The notes under the pieces: model-generated
Told to the model about the DNA's origin: nothing
Database searches by the model: none
The model's input: the letters and a program-made list of their open reading frames with translations, nothing else
Made by a program: the position numbers and the translations under genes
Shown here: positions 19,011-32,134 of the stretch, in pieces
Numbering within the stretch: the first letter of the stretch is position 1
Layout: each line of letters starts with the position of its first letter
Source: Eledone cirrhosa
Lineage: Eukaryota
Assembly: GCA_964016885.1 (NCBI GenBank)
Contig: OZ024743.1
Location: 166,656,001 to 166,720,000 of the forward strand
Direction of reading: 5' to 3'
Length of the DNA stretch: 64,000 nucleotides

Positions 19011-19077
19011 TATTTTATTATACATATTTCAGAGGTACTGAGTTATTTACAACAGTACGTCCTCATCAGATAAAATA
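19011..19077 (-). ncRNA. Candidate minimal type I hammerhead ribozyme
   Basis: Minus strand reads TATTTTAT-CTGATGA-GGACGTACTG-(12 nt)-CAGTACCTCT-GAAA-TATGTA-TA-ATAAAATA: 8-bp stem I, full core, 10-bp stem II with one mismatch, short self-complementary stem III. Confidence 0.75.
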
Positions 19078-19502
19078 AGATGATGCTTGACATACCTTGA
19101 CTATGTTGATGGTTAAAATTCAGTCATGGCAGTGAATAAAGGACAAAACTCAATATTTATATACCTTAAGTAATTATACCTATTGTAAACTTTATTCATT
19201 GAACCTTGTTTAACCTTTATATATATATAATCATTAAACATCCGTTTTAGCTTCTAGCAAGGGTTGGGCAATATATATTGTGGGTGATATATATTTAGTA
19301 CCAGCTCGATAAGCAAACCTGATTGCAAGCTTTTCAATTGCGACTAGCCAAGCGCCGATTTTGCGGCTTACATTATCCAATGTACTTTTGTTTTTTTTAA
19401 GGCTGTCACACAGAGCCTCCCTCACTGGAGTAGAAACGTAATTAGCAGTCATCGACCCTAAAGCAACAGTCTTAATACTCGCTGAATATCGTGTGAGTGT
19501 GT

Positions 19503-19562
19503 GCGCGTGGCTTAATAGTTAAAGTGTTGAACTTCAATCGTGAAATTCTGAGTTCGATTCCC
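19503..19562 (+). mobile_element. Degenerate tRNA-derived SINE head
   Basis: gcgcgtggcttaatagtta...gagttcgattccc, similar to the head at 9747. Confidence 0.5.
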
Positions 19563-20034
19563 ATTTGTGCGTGTTTGCGTTAATAGGAATATATAGTAAA
19601 TAGGTAAATTTTTTAGCCTAGTCGTTTCAAGTTAAAACGATGTTTTACATGGGTCTTTTCCAGCAGTATACATGTGTAGCGAAAGAAATGTTTTCCCTCG
19701 GCCACCATGTGAGTGACCTGCAACCTCGCAAGGAAGGCATTAGATGAATTTCCCTGATGGTAGGATTTATGACGCCAGTTGTATAAAGGAGAACATCGTC
19801 TGGGGCCATCTGTTATCTATCAGTAAAATAACTAGCGGCCATTATAAGTTGTCGTGTGGCCCTAACATCACTCAGTCCACTGCCTTTATCAGCTAACTCC
19901 ATACTGCCGACTACAATTTGTCACTTTTCTTTTAAGGGAACATCCCATGGTAAATAAGATTCGTGCACAACACTGAAGCTTCACTAAACACTATATTCAT
20001 CTGTGAACACTAATCAAACATTATATTTATGATT

Positions 20035-20213
20035 GGCGGTGGATTGGCAGTATCGGTAGAGGGTTGGACGCCATGCTTTGACGCACAGAGTTACGGCCCT
20101 TGCCATTCTGAGTTCAAATCCCGCCGAGGTTAACATTGCCTTTCATCCTTACGGGGTGGATAAAATAAAGTACCAGTATTTGCTGGCCTTGTGCCAAACG
20201 TAGATACAATTAT
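20035..20213 (+). mobile_element. tRNA-derived SINE with Nin-like domain
   Basis: tggcagtatcgg A box, gagttcaaatccc B box, gcctttcatccttacgggg...ataaaataaagtacc domain; at least six further copies in the window. Confidence 0.85.
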
Positions 20214-20359
20214 ATTTATGATTCGAAGTAATCATATTTTTTCTTTTTGCTGAAGTGAATTAAAGAATTAAACCAAAATTATTGGAATTTGTCGTGTTCG
20301 TCATTTCTTTCACAACAAATAAAACTTTACTTCACATATATATACATTTACTCCGACAG

Positions 20360-21193
20360 AGAAACTTATGTATGCAGACGACCTGGTTCTTATAGTCGAA
20401 TCAGAGGAAGAGGTAGAAAATAAATTCCGGCTTTGGAAACAGAATTTAAAGTTTTGGTAAGCAGGAAAATGGTCCTGCTCGATATGTAGAAAAAAGTAGG
20501 TAGTAGTAACTCTATACGGTGTCCACAATGTAAAGTTTGGGTACACATGGGGTGTGATGGGGCAGTAGGCAGACTATCAGAAAAGGTAAACTTTGTATGT
20601 AGCAGTTGCACAAGGATAGTTGGTAGTAAGTGTATCAGTAAAATAAACTTTTTGATTCATTGAAGTGGTTGATAGCTTCTACTACCTAGGTAATCAAATT
20701 GGTGGGGGGTAAGTTTCACTACGAATATAATAGCTAAGGTTACGAACAGGATGCGAAAAGTTTAGAGAGTTACTGATTGTTGGCATCAAAAGGTTTCTCT
20801 GAAAACGAACTGCTGGTTGTTTGATGCTGAATGGTAGTGAGACAAGAGCAATAAATGCAGAGGAATGTGAAGGCGAGAGAGAAATGAAGTAAGCATACTC
20901 CGATATATATGCAATGCGTAAACGACAATTCATGGACGAGATGAGAGAAAGTTGGATATAAGAGGAATCAGATGTCGTGTGCAGAAAAGGGTATGGTCAT
21001 GTGATGCGTATGGATGCTGATCGAAGTGCCAAGTAATACCAATTGAAGGGAGCTACAGCCGAGGGTGGTCAAAGACCTGGATACAGGTCATGTGAGCTGA
21101 TCTCAAATCACTGAAGCTCACAGCTGAGATGAACTGTGACGAGTGGAAGGATGCTCTGCTGGAAAAACGAACGTAAAACAGAGATGATGATGA
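20360..21193 (+). mobile_element. Old, heavily degraded RTE LINE 3' part
   Basis: YADDLVL codons, Cys-rich segment, YGHVMRM remnant, gatgatga tail; colinear with 28845-29790. Confidence 0.8.
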
Positions 21194-22295
21194 ATGAGAG
21201 AGAGAGATGTAATCTTCAAAAAGTACCGAACGACAATGCTTACAAAATTCACATAGTTGCCGATGTTTCACGGGTTATTGATTTTTTTCCCCTTTTTATG
21301 TGAAGCCCAAACTTTCCATATAATAGTAGTGTGCAGCGTTGATACATGCATTTTGCCAACATGAGGAACGTCAATAACATAGAATGCAATGAGTATACAC
21401 GGTGATTCGAAAACGGGTCGCGGACGATCATGCAGAGTGGGATATATGGGGATTTTTTTAAAGCTCTTTTTCGATTTATTTTAACGATAAACATGAAACT
21501 CTTGGATTTATAAGGATGGTGGAAGCTAGCAACAGCATGATGTGGTGTTCGTATATTTCCCATATAATACATTGGAGACGTGAAAACAAATGCCAACCAT
21601 GACTAGCAATTAATGTGGGGGGGGCGACGACTGGGTTAGTTTTTTTTATTATGTAGGCACAAGGTCTTCAAATTTACAATGAGAATCTGACATTGATCCA
21701 TTTCCCGGGAGGTGAACAACATAAATGAAATAGTTACAAACGATAAACCAAAGTTGGAGAAACTATTTTATTAATATAGGAAAGAAAAGCGGTAATGAGT
21801 GATCAAGTAGTTCATAAGTCATTGTAATCTGCCTGCTGTTCTGATTGAAGCACAACGAAAGATTTTTTGTTGTAGTTGCTGTTTTTCAGGGTGTATCTAT
21901 GATTGTATTATGAAATGTCATTCCTTTTCTAGAAAGGTATAATTTGAAGGAGATCTGTCTATTATTTCTAATATGTAGAAGCTCCTGGCCAAAAATAGTC
22001 TAGCCATGACCATCCCACCTTTTTCAAGCTATAGACTATATTATCCAATGTGTCCCCTTTTACATAATTTAATAGAAATTTGGTTACTATTTATAGCAGG
22101 TCAGACGACTACATAAAGGTTTTGTTCTATTATAATTTAATTTACAGCTAAGATGCTTTACATGAACATACTAAATTTTAGTTTAAAGGTAAGGTAAGTG
22201 TGGTAACGTTTGAAGGGATAGAGGCCACAGGAAAATAGCCAAGTAACCATTTTTTCCATCTACTCTTGAGTGAACTAAACTGGTTGAGGTTAGAC

Positions 22296-22564
22296 CAGAG
22301 GCATAACTAAAGAAAATAGCGCCCCTGCCCAGCACTGTATTTTTGCCTATAATCTAATAATTTATATAAATGGTTTAATGATCCAGTCACCAGTGTTTTC
22401 ACCCATAATAATCAGAGACAGATTATACATCTGAAGGAGTTTCTTTTTTCATTCCCCGCGAGGCTTATTTGACTTTCATAGAACGTGCTCCTAGTCCAAG
22501 TGGCGCCCCCTTTTGTGACACCCATGGCACGTGCCATTCCTGCCATACCCTAGTTACACCCTTG
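22296..22564. mobile_element. hAT-type MITE
   Basis: Exact 8-bp TSD GGTTAGAC (22288-22295 and 22565-22572); imperfect 14-bp TIRs cagaggcataacta / tagttacacccttg. Confidence 0.8.
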
Positions 22565-24061
22565 GGTTAGACACATGGGAGTCGATAAAACAATGTACCA
22601 ATGAAGTACTGAGATCAATTTTCCCTTTAACACACAATAGCTGACCGAAATTACAAATTTTTATGTTATAGTTGGTGACAAAAGAGATTTAGGAATTTCT
22701 AATGAGAGAAGGGAAGCCAACGATAATTTTACGAAGGATTACAAGAAAACTGGCTGTAAGATAACCAACCAAAATCGCAAACCGATTTCAATTTGATGTA
22801 CCTACACATTTCATGTTACTTTATTCACATGGGTTGATTAAACCTTTGAGAAAAAAATAAAGGCGTGTAATTGGAATTCAGTTTCATTTAATTATCTTTC
22901 ACATCTAGTATAATGTTTTATAGGAATATACTATTTTCAGTCAGGTATATTGTTCAGTTACTCAATTTTGACACCCCAGTTGATCGGTGTCTGTGCGAAG
23001 GGTTTCACAGTTTATACTTTAGGTTAAAAGCATAAAATTAAAGAATGTATTAGTGTTTATAGATCACGTTGTTTTCAGATCTACAATCAATCACTGCACC
23101 CGTTAAGTGTTAAATAAAGTAATCTAGTTTGTCTCATTTGTGGATTTATGCCTGTGTTATATGCATGTAATCGACAAAAACAAAGATCAGTAAATTTTAT
23201 TAATAGGGAATACACACAACAAACAGAGAGGGGGGGGAGGAGTCAACAGTAACGGAACGTTGTTACAACTTAGTGGAATGAAATACTAATTAAAGGGGTC
23301 AGCGGCGCCTAGCATAATTCCCTCAGCTAATAAAATAATATAATGTCCAAATTTCAAGGTATCGAGGAAAAAAAAGGAAACAGGCTAAAGAAATAATGAC
23401 GATGTTTTACTTATAATGAATAAGTGAACAAAGTGAAATAAATATGTGTTTGTGCATATAAAGTTTGAGTAATAGATATTTTCAAAATTGATTCTATAAT
23501 AATAATGATGAAGATAATAATAATAATAAAGTTACTTACTCATTGACAATACAAAATTATGGCCACTTGCAATTAATGTTGCCGGTTTTCACACGTAACT
23601 TATCATGTGGTCTGCACCAACTAACGTGGTGGCAGCCGATTGGTTGATTAAACAAACTGACGCTAAATGGAACATCATTCATATATATATATATATATGA
23701 TTTAATTTATATATATATATATATTAATTCAAAATATTAACAAAATAGATATTCTTGTGATCAATTATATTTTATTATACAAATTTCAGAGTGCTTCCAA
23801 TCTATTGTAAAACTCATTCTTTGATGTATTCATTAAACCTTGTTTAACTCTTAAAAAAAAAAAAAAAAAAATACATATATATATATATATATATATAGTT
23901 GATGTTCCACACTTTTAAACAATTTATTAATTAATTTTCTATAATATATTTTTATAATTTTTTTTTAAGAAAATTTTTTGAGATTTACAGGAAATCGAAT
24001 TTTTTTATTTGAAATAATGATTATCCTTAACTTGATTACATGACTATCTAGCTCTCACTCT

Positions 24062-24100
<39 letters not shown>

Positions 24101-24106
<6 letters not shown>

Positions 24107-24206
24107 TAAGTCAGGACTCCGACGGCTGAGCTCTTGCCGTTTCAACAGCTGGAACCAGCTATTGAAGCGGCAAGAGCTCAGCCGTCGGGGTCCTGACTCA
24201 TTCATA
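24101..24206. repeat. Long inverted repeat (52-bp arms, 4 mismatches, 2-nt spacer)
   Basis: tatgaataagtcaggactcc...cagctgg-aa-ccagcta...tcctgactcattcata. Confidence 0.95.
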
Positions 24207-24284
24207 AAACCATACTCTACCACCCCAAGTATCGAGTACTCTGGTGAGTAATGTTCTAACCAGTTTCTTATTGAATCCATCCTG

Positions 24285-24326
<42 letters not shown>

Positions 24327-24518
24327 TAAAACAGAAAACAAAAACAATACCGAAGAGTGCAGCACAAATATATATATATTACTGGTTTTTCCACATTATA
24401 CATATTGTTAGCACCCCAAACACTTAAATTGGGTTTATATTTTAATATAACCTAATGTTTGTTGAGTGAGATGGTTACCAGTCAGAGTTTAGCTTTAAAC
24501 TATCTCTGTTATTGTATT

Positions 24519-24588
<70 letters not shown>

Positions 24589-25182
24589 ATTTGTTTGATG
24601 TGTTATCATAAAACCACAAACTCCAGAATATATTCAACAATTTTATTTGTCAGCATAACCGTCATTATAAATAACAAGTGGAAAAGAAAGAAAAGGGGAA
24701 GGGAAAAAAGAAAAACACAAGCAGGTAAGGCACACATCTACGACTACATACAACAATGGGCAGGCGAAATGAGTGGACAAACGAACCGCTGCCAGAGCAA
24801 AAGATAACGATATCGCGAGGAGCACTGGAAAACCTCTCTAATAATTTTTTAGGCAAGCCAGCACATTCGATTCGTTACCTCGGATGTTGGCGACGCTGAT
24901 GCGCTGGAACTGTGGATATTGTCTTTTAATTTTTCAAATATTATTAATAATAATTGTTTCTAACATCGATACAAAGCCATAAATGTGAAAGCAAAGAAAA
25001 CATTCGATTAAGTCTTCCCCGTGGTTTAATTGGTATTTTACTAGACTACCGAATGATGAAAGTTAAACGTTGACTTCGGTGTGAATTGGACTGAGAATAC
25101 ACAAAGATCCAAAACACTGAGTTTCAGTTTTTCTATTATGAGACAAGTCCAAGGGAGATAAATCTAGTATCTAGTTTTATTT

Positions 25183-25308
25183 AATTATTTCTACTTTTGG
25201 CACAAGGCCAGTAATTATCCAGTATATTACTGGTACTTTATTTTATCGAAGGATGAAAGGCAAAGTTAACCTCGGCGGGATTTGAACTCAGATCGTAAAG
25301 GGACGTTT
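25183..25308 (-). mobile_element. Nin-domain SINE, 5'-truncated
   Basis: Reverse complement of the family at 20035. Confidence 0.8.
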
Positions 25309-25357
25309 ATTTAATAAACTCTTGGTAGCATTCGTAAAAGTTCGTAGGACAAATAAT

Positions 25358-25542
25358 TGTTTCTACTTTAGGCACAAGGCCAGCAATCACCCAGTGCATT
25401 ACTGGTACTTTATTTTATCGACCCCCTTAAGGATGAAAGGCAAAGTCAACCTCGGCGGGATTTGAACTCAGATCGTAAAGGGACGTAACTATGCTGGAAA
25501 GCATGGCGTCCGACCCTCTACCGATACTGCCAATCCACCGCC
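25358..25542 (-). mobile_element. Nin-domain SINE, full length with TSD
   Basis: Family match; 14-bp direct repeat GTAGGACAAATAAT at 25344 and 25543. Confidence 0.88.
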
Positions 25543-25711
25543 GTAGGACAAATAATAAATTGCAAACTAAACACTTGTGAATATCACGGTGCTGACACTA
25601 CTTAGTCAACTTTACAACACTGTGCTACTCACATACAACTTAGAGTCACTGAGAGTTAACTAGCATAGGCATAGTCCCAATGACAGGATACAAACCTCCG
25701 ATATCTTGCTG

Positions 25712-26130
25712 GTGTTGTTTGTCCTTCGGATTCGAAGACGACCGCAATATTGGGTAGAGGAATATTGGTTGTGGATACGAGGTTACTCATGAAGCCAATC
25801 CCATCCCGGAAACCATGTCCACGTATGGAGCGTTTGTTGGTGCTGCAGTGGAAGTTGATGTGGATTGTATCATGTTTACTGAGCGCTTCCTCTGAGGGTC
25901 TGCAATGCGTCTGGTTTTTGCTGCACATAACCTCTCAAAGATTTTGTTTCACCTGGTTAAACGATCCAGAGCAAGTGATTTCCAGTTACTGGGATTGGTT
26001 TTTTAGGGACACTTTTAAATTGTCTATGAAACATTTCTTCTGTCCACCAACGGAGCACATAATTGAATATCTGGCTGCATGGTGTTAGATAGAATTCCTT
26101 GTATACATTCCAGTTCTCTGGTCTCCAAGT
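25712..26130 (-). mobile_element. Degraded RTE LINE 3' fragment of a different family
   Basis: Minus-strand remnants SVGGQKKCFIDNLK and WKSLALDR, 3' end gtcttcgaatccgaaggac followed by aac repeats. Confidence 0.6.
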
Positions 26131-26458
26131 TTAAATTTTGCCATGATCAATATTACCTTTCATCATTTTAAGGTCGATAAATATAGTACCAATCAACTAC
26201 TGGGTTGTATTTTTCATTCCCTTTCACTGAAATTGATTGCATTCAAACCTGGATATGGATGAACTCCACAAGAATTAAATGCCTGAGATAGTTCCCCTAT
26301 CACTTCACCATTATTTCAGGGCCTATGGATGATATGGTGGTGTTGTGACTCAAGCCATGAAATCTGACTGACACATTAGTTGAACCAAACCTGGATCTTT
26401 CCTATCAAAAAAGCCTTTTTTCACAAAAGTTCTTCAAAAGAGAGGTCATAGCTAGCCA

Positions 26459-26648
26459 TTGTGGATTGGCAGTATCGGTAGAGGGTCGGATACCATGCTT
26501 TGACACATAGAGTTACGGCCCTTTCCATTCTGAGTTCAAATCCCGCCAAGGTTAACTTTGCCTTTCATCCTTACGGGGTCGATAGAATAAAGTACCAGTC
26601 ATGCACTGGGTAATTGCTGGCCTTGTGCCAAAAGTAGAAACAATTATT
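26459..26648 (+). mobile_element. Nin-domain SINE
   Basis: Family match including A and B boxes. Confidence 0.87.
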
Positions 26649-26924
26649 ATAAAATAATAGAACTGGTAGAGCACGTTTCATCACATTCTGAGTTTAATTC
26701 CTGCTATAGTCGACTATACCTTTAATCTTTTTGGTTGATTGTGCAAACTAAAATATTTTCTTTTAATTTGCTTCAGTGTTTTAAACTGGCCAGAAAGCTT
26801 AACTATTTCCCGCTGTAAAAAAAACCAAAGACAGCTAATGTTTTTCGTACAAAAACCAACGGAGGTTAGTAGAGTAATGTCCCTTGACTTAAGTGATCAT
26901 GCAAAACTTACATCAATTATAACA

Positions 26925-29900
26925 GAAGGAGGTTGATGTTTGCTGTATCCAAGAGACCAGGTGGAGGGGCGGGTCTACTAGATTCATTGTGGGTAAAAAA
27001 CGATGCTATAAGCTTTTCTGGGTGGGAAATGACAATGGGCTGGGTGGAGTAGGAATCATGCTAGCAGAAAAATGGGCAGATAAGATAATAGACGTAAATA
27101 GAGTGAACGACAGAATAATTAAAATAACACTTGTCCTAAATAGAACTACTGTGACAGTAATATCTGCGTACGCACTCCAATCCGGACTGCCTGGCGCTAT
27201 AAAAGACAGATTCTATGAGTCATTAATGCTCGCTACCTCCCAAATACAGTGACTACATAATTATTGCTGGCGACCTAAATGGTCACGTTGGACAACATTG
27301 TGACGGCTATGACGGAATCCATGGAGGCTATGGGTTTGGTACTAGAAATGAGGAAGGCTCCAGAATCCTGTAATTCTGTGACGCAAATAATCTAACTATC
27401 TGTAACACTAAATTCAAAAAATGAGATAATCACTTGATCACCTATAGATCAGGGGAACACGCCAGTCAGATAGATTATATCCTTACCAGAAGACGTGACA
27501 GCGTGTCTGTTGTAAACACTAAATCCCTCCCCCATGAAGAATGCACCTCCCAACATAGACTCATAGTCAGCGACCTCATAGTCAGGACAAGACGTACTCG
27601 ACAACAGAGGAGGACTATCCTCAGGAGAAAAATATGGCAGCTAAAGGACCCCACAGCCAGTAATAAATTTAAAAGCATATTAAGAGCAATTAGTCGTACA
27701 ATATAGAGGAACAGCGGGAATTCCTGAAAGCTAACCTGCTGAAGGCAACAGATGAAATTTGTGGCTGGAGCAGGCCTATAGGCAGGAGGAGAGTAACGTG
27801 GTGGTGGAACAGTAAGGTGGAGGAGTCAATCAAGGCCAAAAAGCAGGCTTGGAAAGTATGGTGGGATGGGGGAAGTAGAGAAGACTATCAAGTGGCCAGG
27901 AGGGAAGCTAGGAGACAAGTGTACTTCGCAAGAAGGGAAGCAGAGGAAAGAAAGTTCAAGCATGTTCTATAACGCGAGGACCAAAAACGTGAGGTGTTCA
28001 GGATTGCTAGGAAATGTGTCAAGGAAAACCGTGATATTGTCAGGGAGAAGTGTGTCCTTAATGATGATGGTGTACTTGCCATCACTGACGCTGATAAGAA
28101 GGTAGCTTGGAAGTGTCACTACGAAAGGCTACTAAATGAGGGACCAGCAGTGCTAGTTGAAGGTAGTATAATAAGTAAGGCAATCAAAGATATGAAGACG
28201 GGTAAGGCGGCTGGGCCTTCGGAAATAGTTGCTGAAATGCTGAAAGCATCTGGATCGGTGGGACACACTATGGTCACCCGGATAGTAAATCAAGTCATAC
28301 AGAATGGGGTCGTACTGAAGGACTGGCGTAACAGCATCATCATTAACTGCTACAAGGGTAAAGGAGATACCCCTTGATAGGGGAAACTATAGAGGCATTA
28401 AATTAATTGACCAGGTCATGAAGATCACAGAAAAAGTAATAGCGCAACTAATCAGAGAGCGAATTGATCTGGATGAAATGCAGTTCAGGTTTGTGTTAGG
28501 TAAAAGTACCACAGACGCTCTTTTCATTGTACGACAACTACAGGAGAAGTACCTAGCTAAAAGTAAACCCCTATACTTAGCTTTTGTTGACTTGGAGAAA
28601 GCCTTTGACAGAGTCCCACGCCCATTATCTGGTGGGTTCTCAGAAAACTAGGTGTTGATGAATGGCTTGTGAGAGCTATACAAGCCATGTATAAAAAAAC
28701 AGTCAGCAAGGTTAGAATTAACAACGAATATAGTGAAGAGTTTAGCGTAAAAGTTGGTGTTCATCAGGGCTCTGTCCTTAGCCCCCTCCTATTTATTATT
28801 GCCCTTCAGGCTATAACAGAGGAGTTCAAGACCGGCTGCCCATGGGAACTCCTATACGCAGATGATCTAACGCTTATAGCTGAATCAATGGCTGAACTAG
28901 AGAAGAAATTCCAAACATGGAAGCATGGCCTAGAATCAAAAGGCCTTAAAATTAACCTGTCTAAGACTAAAGTTCTAGTATGTAGGAAGGAAAATAGGGC
29001 ACTGGTCCCATCTGGGAAATGGCTATGCTAAGTGTGTAGGAAAGGAGTAGGCAGAAACTCCATTTTATGTCCCAAATGCAAGTATGGGTGCATAAAAGAT
29101 GTAATGGGATCACAGGTAAGCTAACTAAGAATATAGATTTTATATGTGGCTGGTGCTCAGGTGCAATAAGTAGCAGCAAGTGCCCACAGAATACTAACTC
29201 ATTCCATTGCATAGATGGTTCTATAGAAATAGTGGACACCTTCCGTTACCTGGGTGACAAAATCAGCAGTGGTGGAGGGTGCTCCCGTCAGAACGGGATG
29301 GAAAAAGTTCAGAGAGCTTATACCACTATTGGCCGCTAAAAGTTTCTCTCTAAAAATGAAAGGCAGGCTGTATGATGCCTGCATACGAACAGCAATGTTA
29401 CATGGCAGTGAGACTTGGGCATTTTGTGCAGAGGATCTACGCAGACTGGAGAGGAACGAAGCTTGCATGCTCCGCTGGATGTGTAATAGTAATATACATG
29501 AACGGCAAAGCATAAATGAACTAAGTGAGAAATTAGGAATAAGAGGGATCAGATGCTGTTTACTCAAGAGAAGACTATGCTGGTATGGTCACGTGATGCG
29601 CATGAAAGACGACAGCTGTATAAAAAAGGTCAGGGCGATCAAAATAGACGGTAGCCACGGAGTAGGCAGACCCAGAAAAACCTGGGACGACTTGATAAAT
29701 TCCGACCTCACACACTTACACCTCTCCAAGACAATGTCACTGGACCGAGATCTTTGGTGCTACGCAGTAATACAGAAGACCCGCCTTGCCTAAGTGCAAA
29801 GCGAAACCTACAGTCAGTAGGCACCTCTTACCAAAATACACCCCCCGTCCCACTACCCCCACCCCATCCACACCACCCCTTTCGATGTAAAGTTATGTTG

Positions 29901-30176
29901 GTACCACAACATCCAGTCCTAAATAAATGAGGTCGTGTAGGTGTCACGACAAAAAACACACAGTCCACGCTGTAATGTGGCCATGTAGGCAACACGGTAA
30001 AAACCTCCCAGTCCACACTGTAAACGTGGTTGGTGTTAGGAAGGGCATCCAGCTGTAGAAAACCTGCCAGACAGTCCTATACGAGCAAGACAACCAATCT
30101 TGCCTCAAGTGGGAAAATTCCCGTCCAAACCCATGCTAGCGTGGAAGATGGACGTTAAACGATGATGATGATGATG
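26925..30176 (+). mobile_element. Near-full-length decayed RTE LINE (APE endonuclease, RT, Cys-rich insert, 3' UTR, (TGA)n tail)
   Basis: DVCCIQETRW, AGDLNGHVG, SQIDYIL, AFVDLEKAFDRVPR, GVHQGSVLSPLLF, LYADDL and WYGHVMRM spread over several frames with stops. Confidence 0.93.
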
Positions 30177-30477
30177 AAACTTGTACTATATCTGCTACCT
30201 TCTGAAGATTTAGAGAAAGATGACAAGATTTATAAAAGGATGAAGGAATAGTCAGTTTGAATCCTGTCACCAATGTTTTGCCACCTTTTGGCCAATATGT
30301 TTAACTTTCACTGGCTTAGTACTACACATTGAAGAGAGTTGTGGGAGCAGTGTAAAATTGTTGAGTGTTCATTAACTTGTGCTAAATCCATATTCTCCCT
30401 AATGTTGAGAGATGACCACCACCATGCTTATCTGTTCTATCTAGAGTAGCAGCTTCTAAACTGTATGTATTAGTGCA

Positions 30478-30945
30478 CTCATCTTATGTCCCATAGTCTG
30501 GTGGATCGTTGGGGCGTCACAGATGACCTGGCAACCAACTCCTTTCATACCTCTCGCCTCTCCACCTTCTTATGGTTGCACCCAGCTGTCCATTTCGGGA
30601 TGTTGTCCTCCCATCTCTTTTTCTGTCTGCCTCTCTACCTCCTTGTACTGTTCCCTGCAGGACAGTCTTGGCAAACCCTGAAGATCTTGTCACATGCCCA
30701 TACCATCTCAATTTGCGTTGTTTTACAATGGTCTTTGTAGAGCCTGATGGCTTGCCAAATTCTGTTTCACACCACTTCATTGGAAATGCGGTCTCTGTAG
30801 GTGATGCCAAGGAGCTTTCTGAATCATCTCATCTCCTTAGCCTGGATCCTTCTTTCCAGAGCTGCTGTTATTGTTCAAGACTCACAGGCATACAAGAATA
30901 AGGACATGACCATAGAGTGCATCAGTTTTATCTTTGAGCTGAGGG
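30478..30945 (-). mobile_element. RTE LINE 3' fragment, another family
   Basis: KQRKLRWYGHVTRSSGFAKTVLQGTVQGGR in ORF 30517..30810. Confidence 0.8.
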
Positions 30946-32134
30946 TCACTATGATTGTTGCACTATGAAATGCAATTAAGTGAAAGAGCAAGATTCTATT
31001 TCAAAATGGAAAAAGTACAATGAAATTTGTAATAAAGTTCATATATAACTGCTAAAATGGAAAACAATTAAACTAAGAATGAAAACCTTGCTAAAATATA
31101 ACACACCAAGAACATGTTCTCATTGATAACTTTGCTCCATTTATTGACTAAAGAAGGAAGTACAAATAATTTTCGGTAATTACAATTATCTATATTTCTA
31201 CTTTATGCTGTGCTAATATGCATAAATACCTATTTGCAATTTCTTTTCAAATTTAAGTACAATTTAAAGTGAGCTGCAAGTAAAAATGTTTCGGAACTAC
31301 TGATCTAGACTAAATATAATAAGCCAACATGATAGCTTCACCAGCTACAAATAACAGCAAAAATTTTTTTCCACATTACATCCTACTCTCTTTAAAAAAA
31401 ATGAAGGATACATTTGACAATATTTATGCTATCAATTCTAATCAGATATCAACTAATTTATTAGGAGATCATACTGTATGAAGAACACAACTCATATTTT
31501 CTTTGCCCTCTCTCTACAGCAAGTTAGTAACAGGGAACCACTTGAACAATCCAGAGTCATTTACATAGCCAACATAGGAGCCTCTAAGAGGTCATTTGAC
31601 TTACTAAAATAGCAGTTAAATATCTTTCAAATCACATCCTACTGTCTATGAAAAAGGATGGAAATATTTGATAATGTTATTCCAAACATATGCTATGTCT
31701 AAAAAAAGATAGGGAACAGGAAAGTCACATCCAATATACTATTTATTGTATATCTGATCATTTAGAGTTGGCCTGGGGTTACAGCAGCAACAGCAGCAGC
31801 AGTATAGTGGTCAAAAGAAATAAAATCAGTGATAAACCAGACTAAATACTTGACAGTAGATTGAGTTCATTATCTTACGGTTGTGAGTTCAAATCACAGT
31901 GAGACAACTAAACCTTTTTAATACTTCAACTACCACCACAACCACCACCACTACTGCTAGTACTACTACTGATATACTTGCAGGTGTAGTTGCTATATAT
32001 CTCCCTTCCTCTTCCCAGCTCACCACAGAAAATAAACACTGAAAATGACAGAAAAACAAATAGCCATGGGAGCTGAGAAGCTAACCGAATAAATATTAAA
32101 TCCATATATGTGTGTGTGTGTGTTATCATTATCG

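Noticed and set aside
24720-24915. CpG-richer island as a possible host exon on the minus strand (cag...gag/gtaacg)
   Set aside because: Splice-like motifs alone are insufficient; needs RNA-seq or homology.
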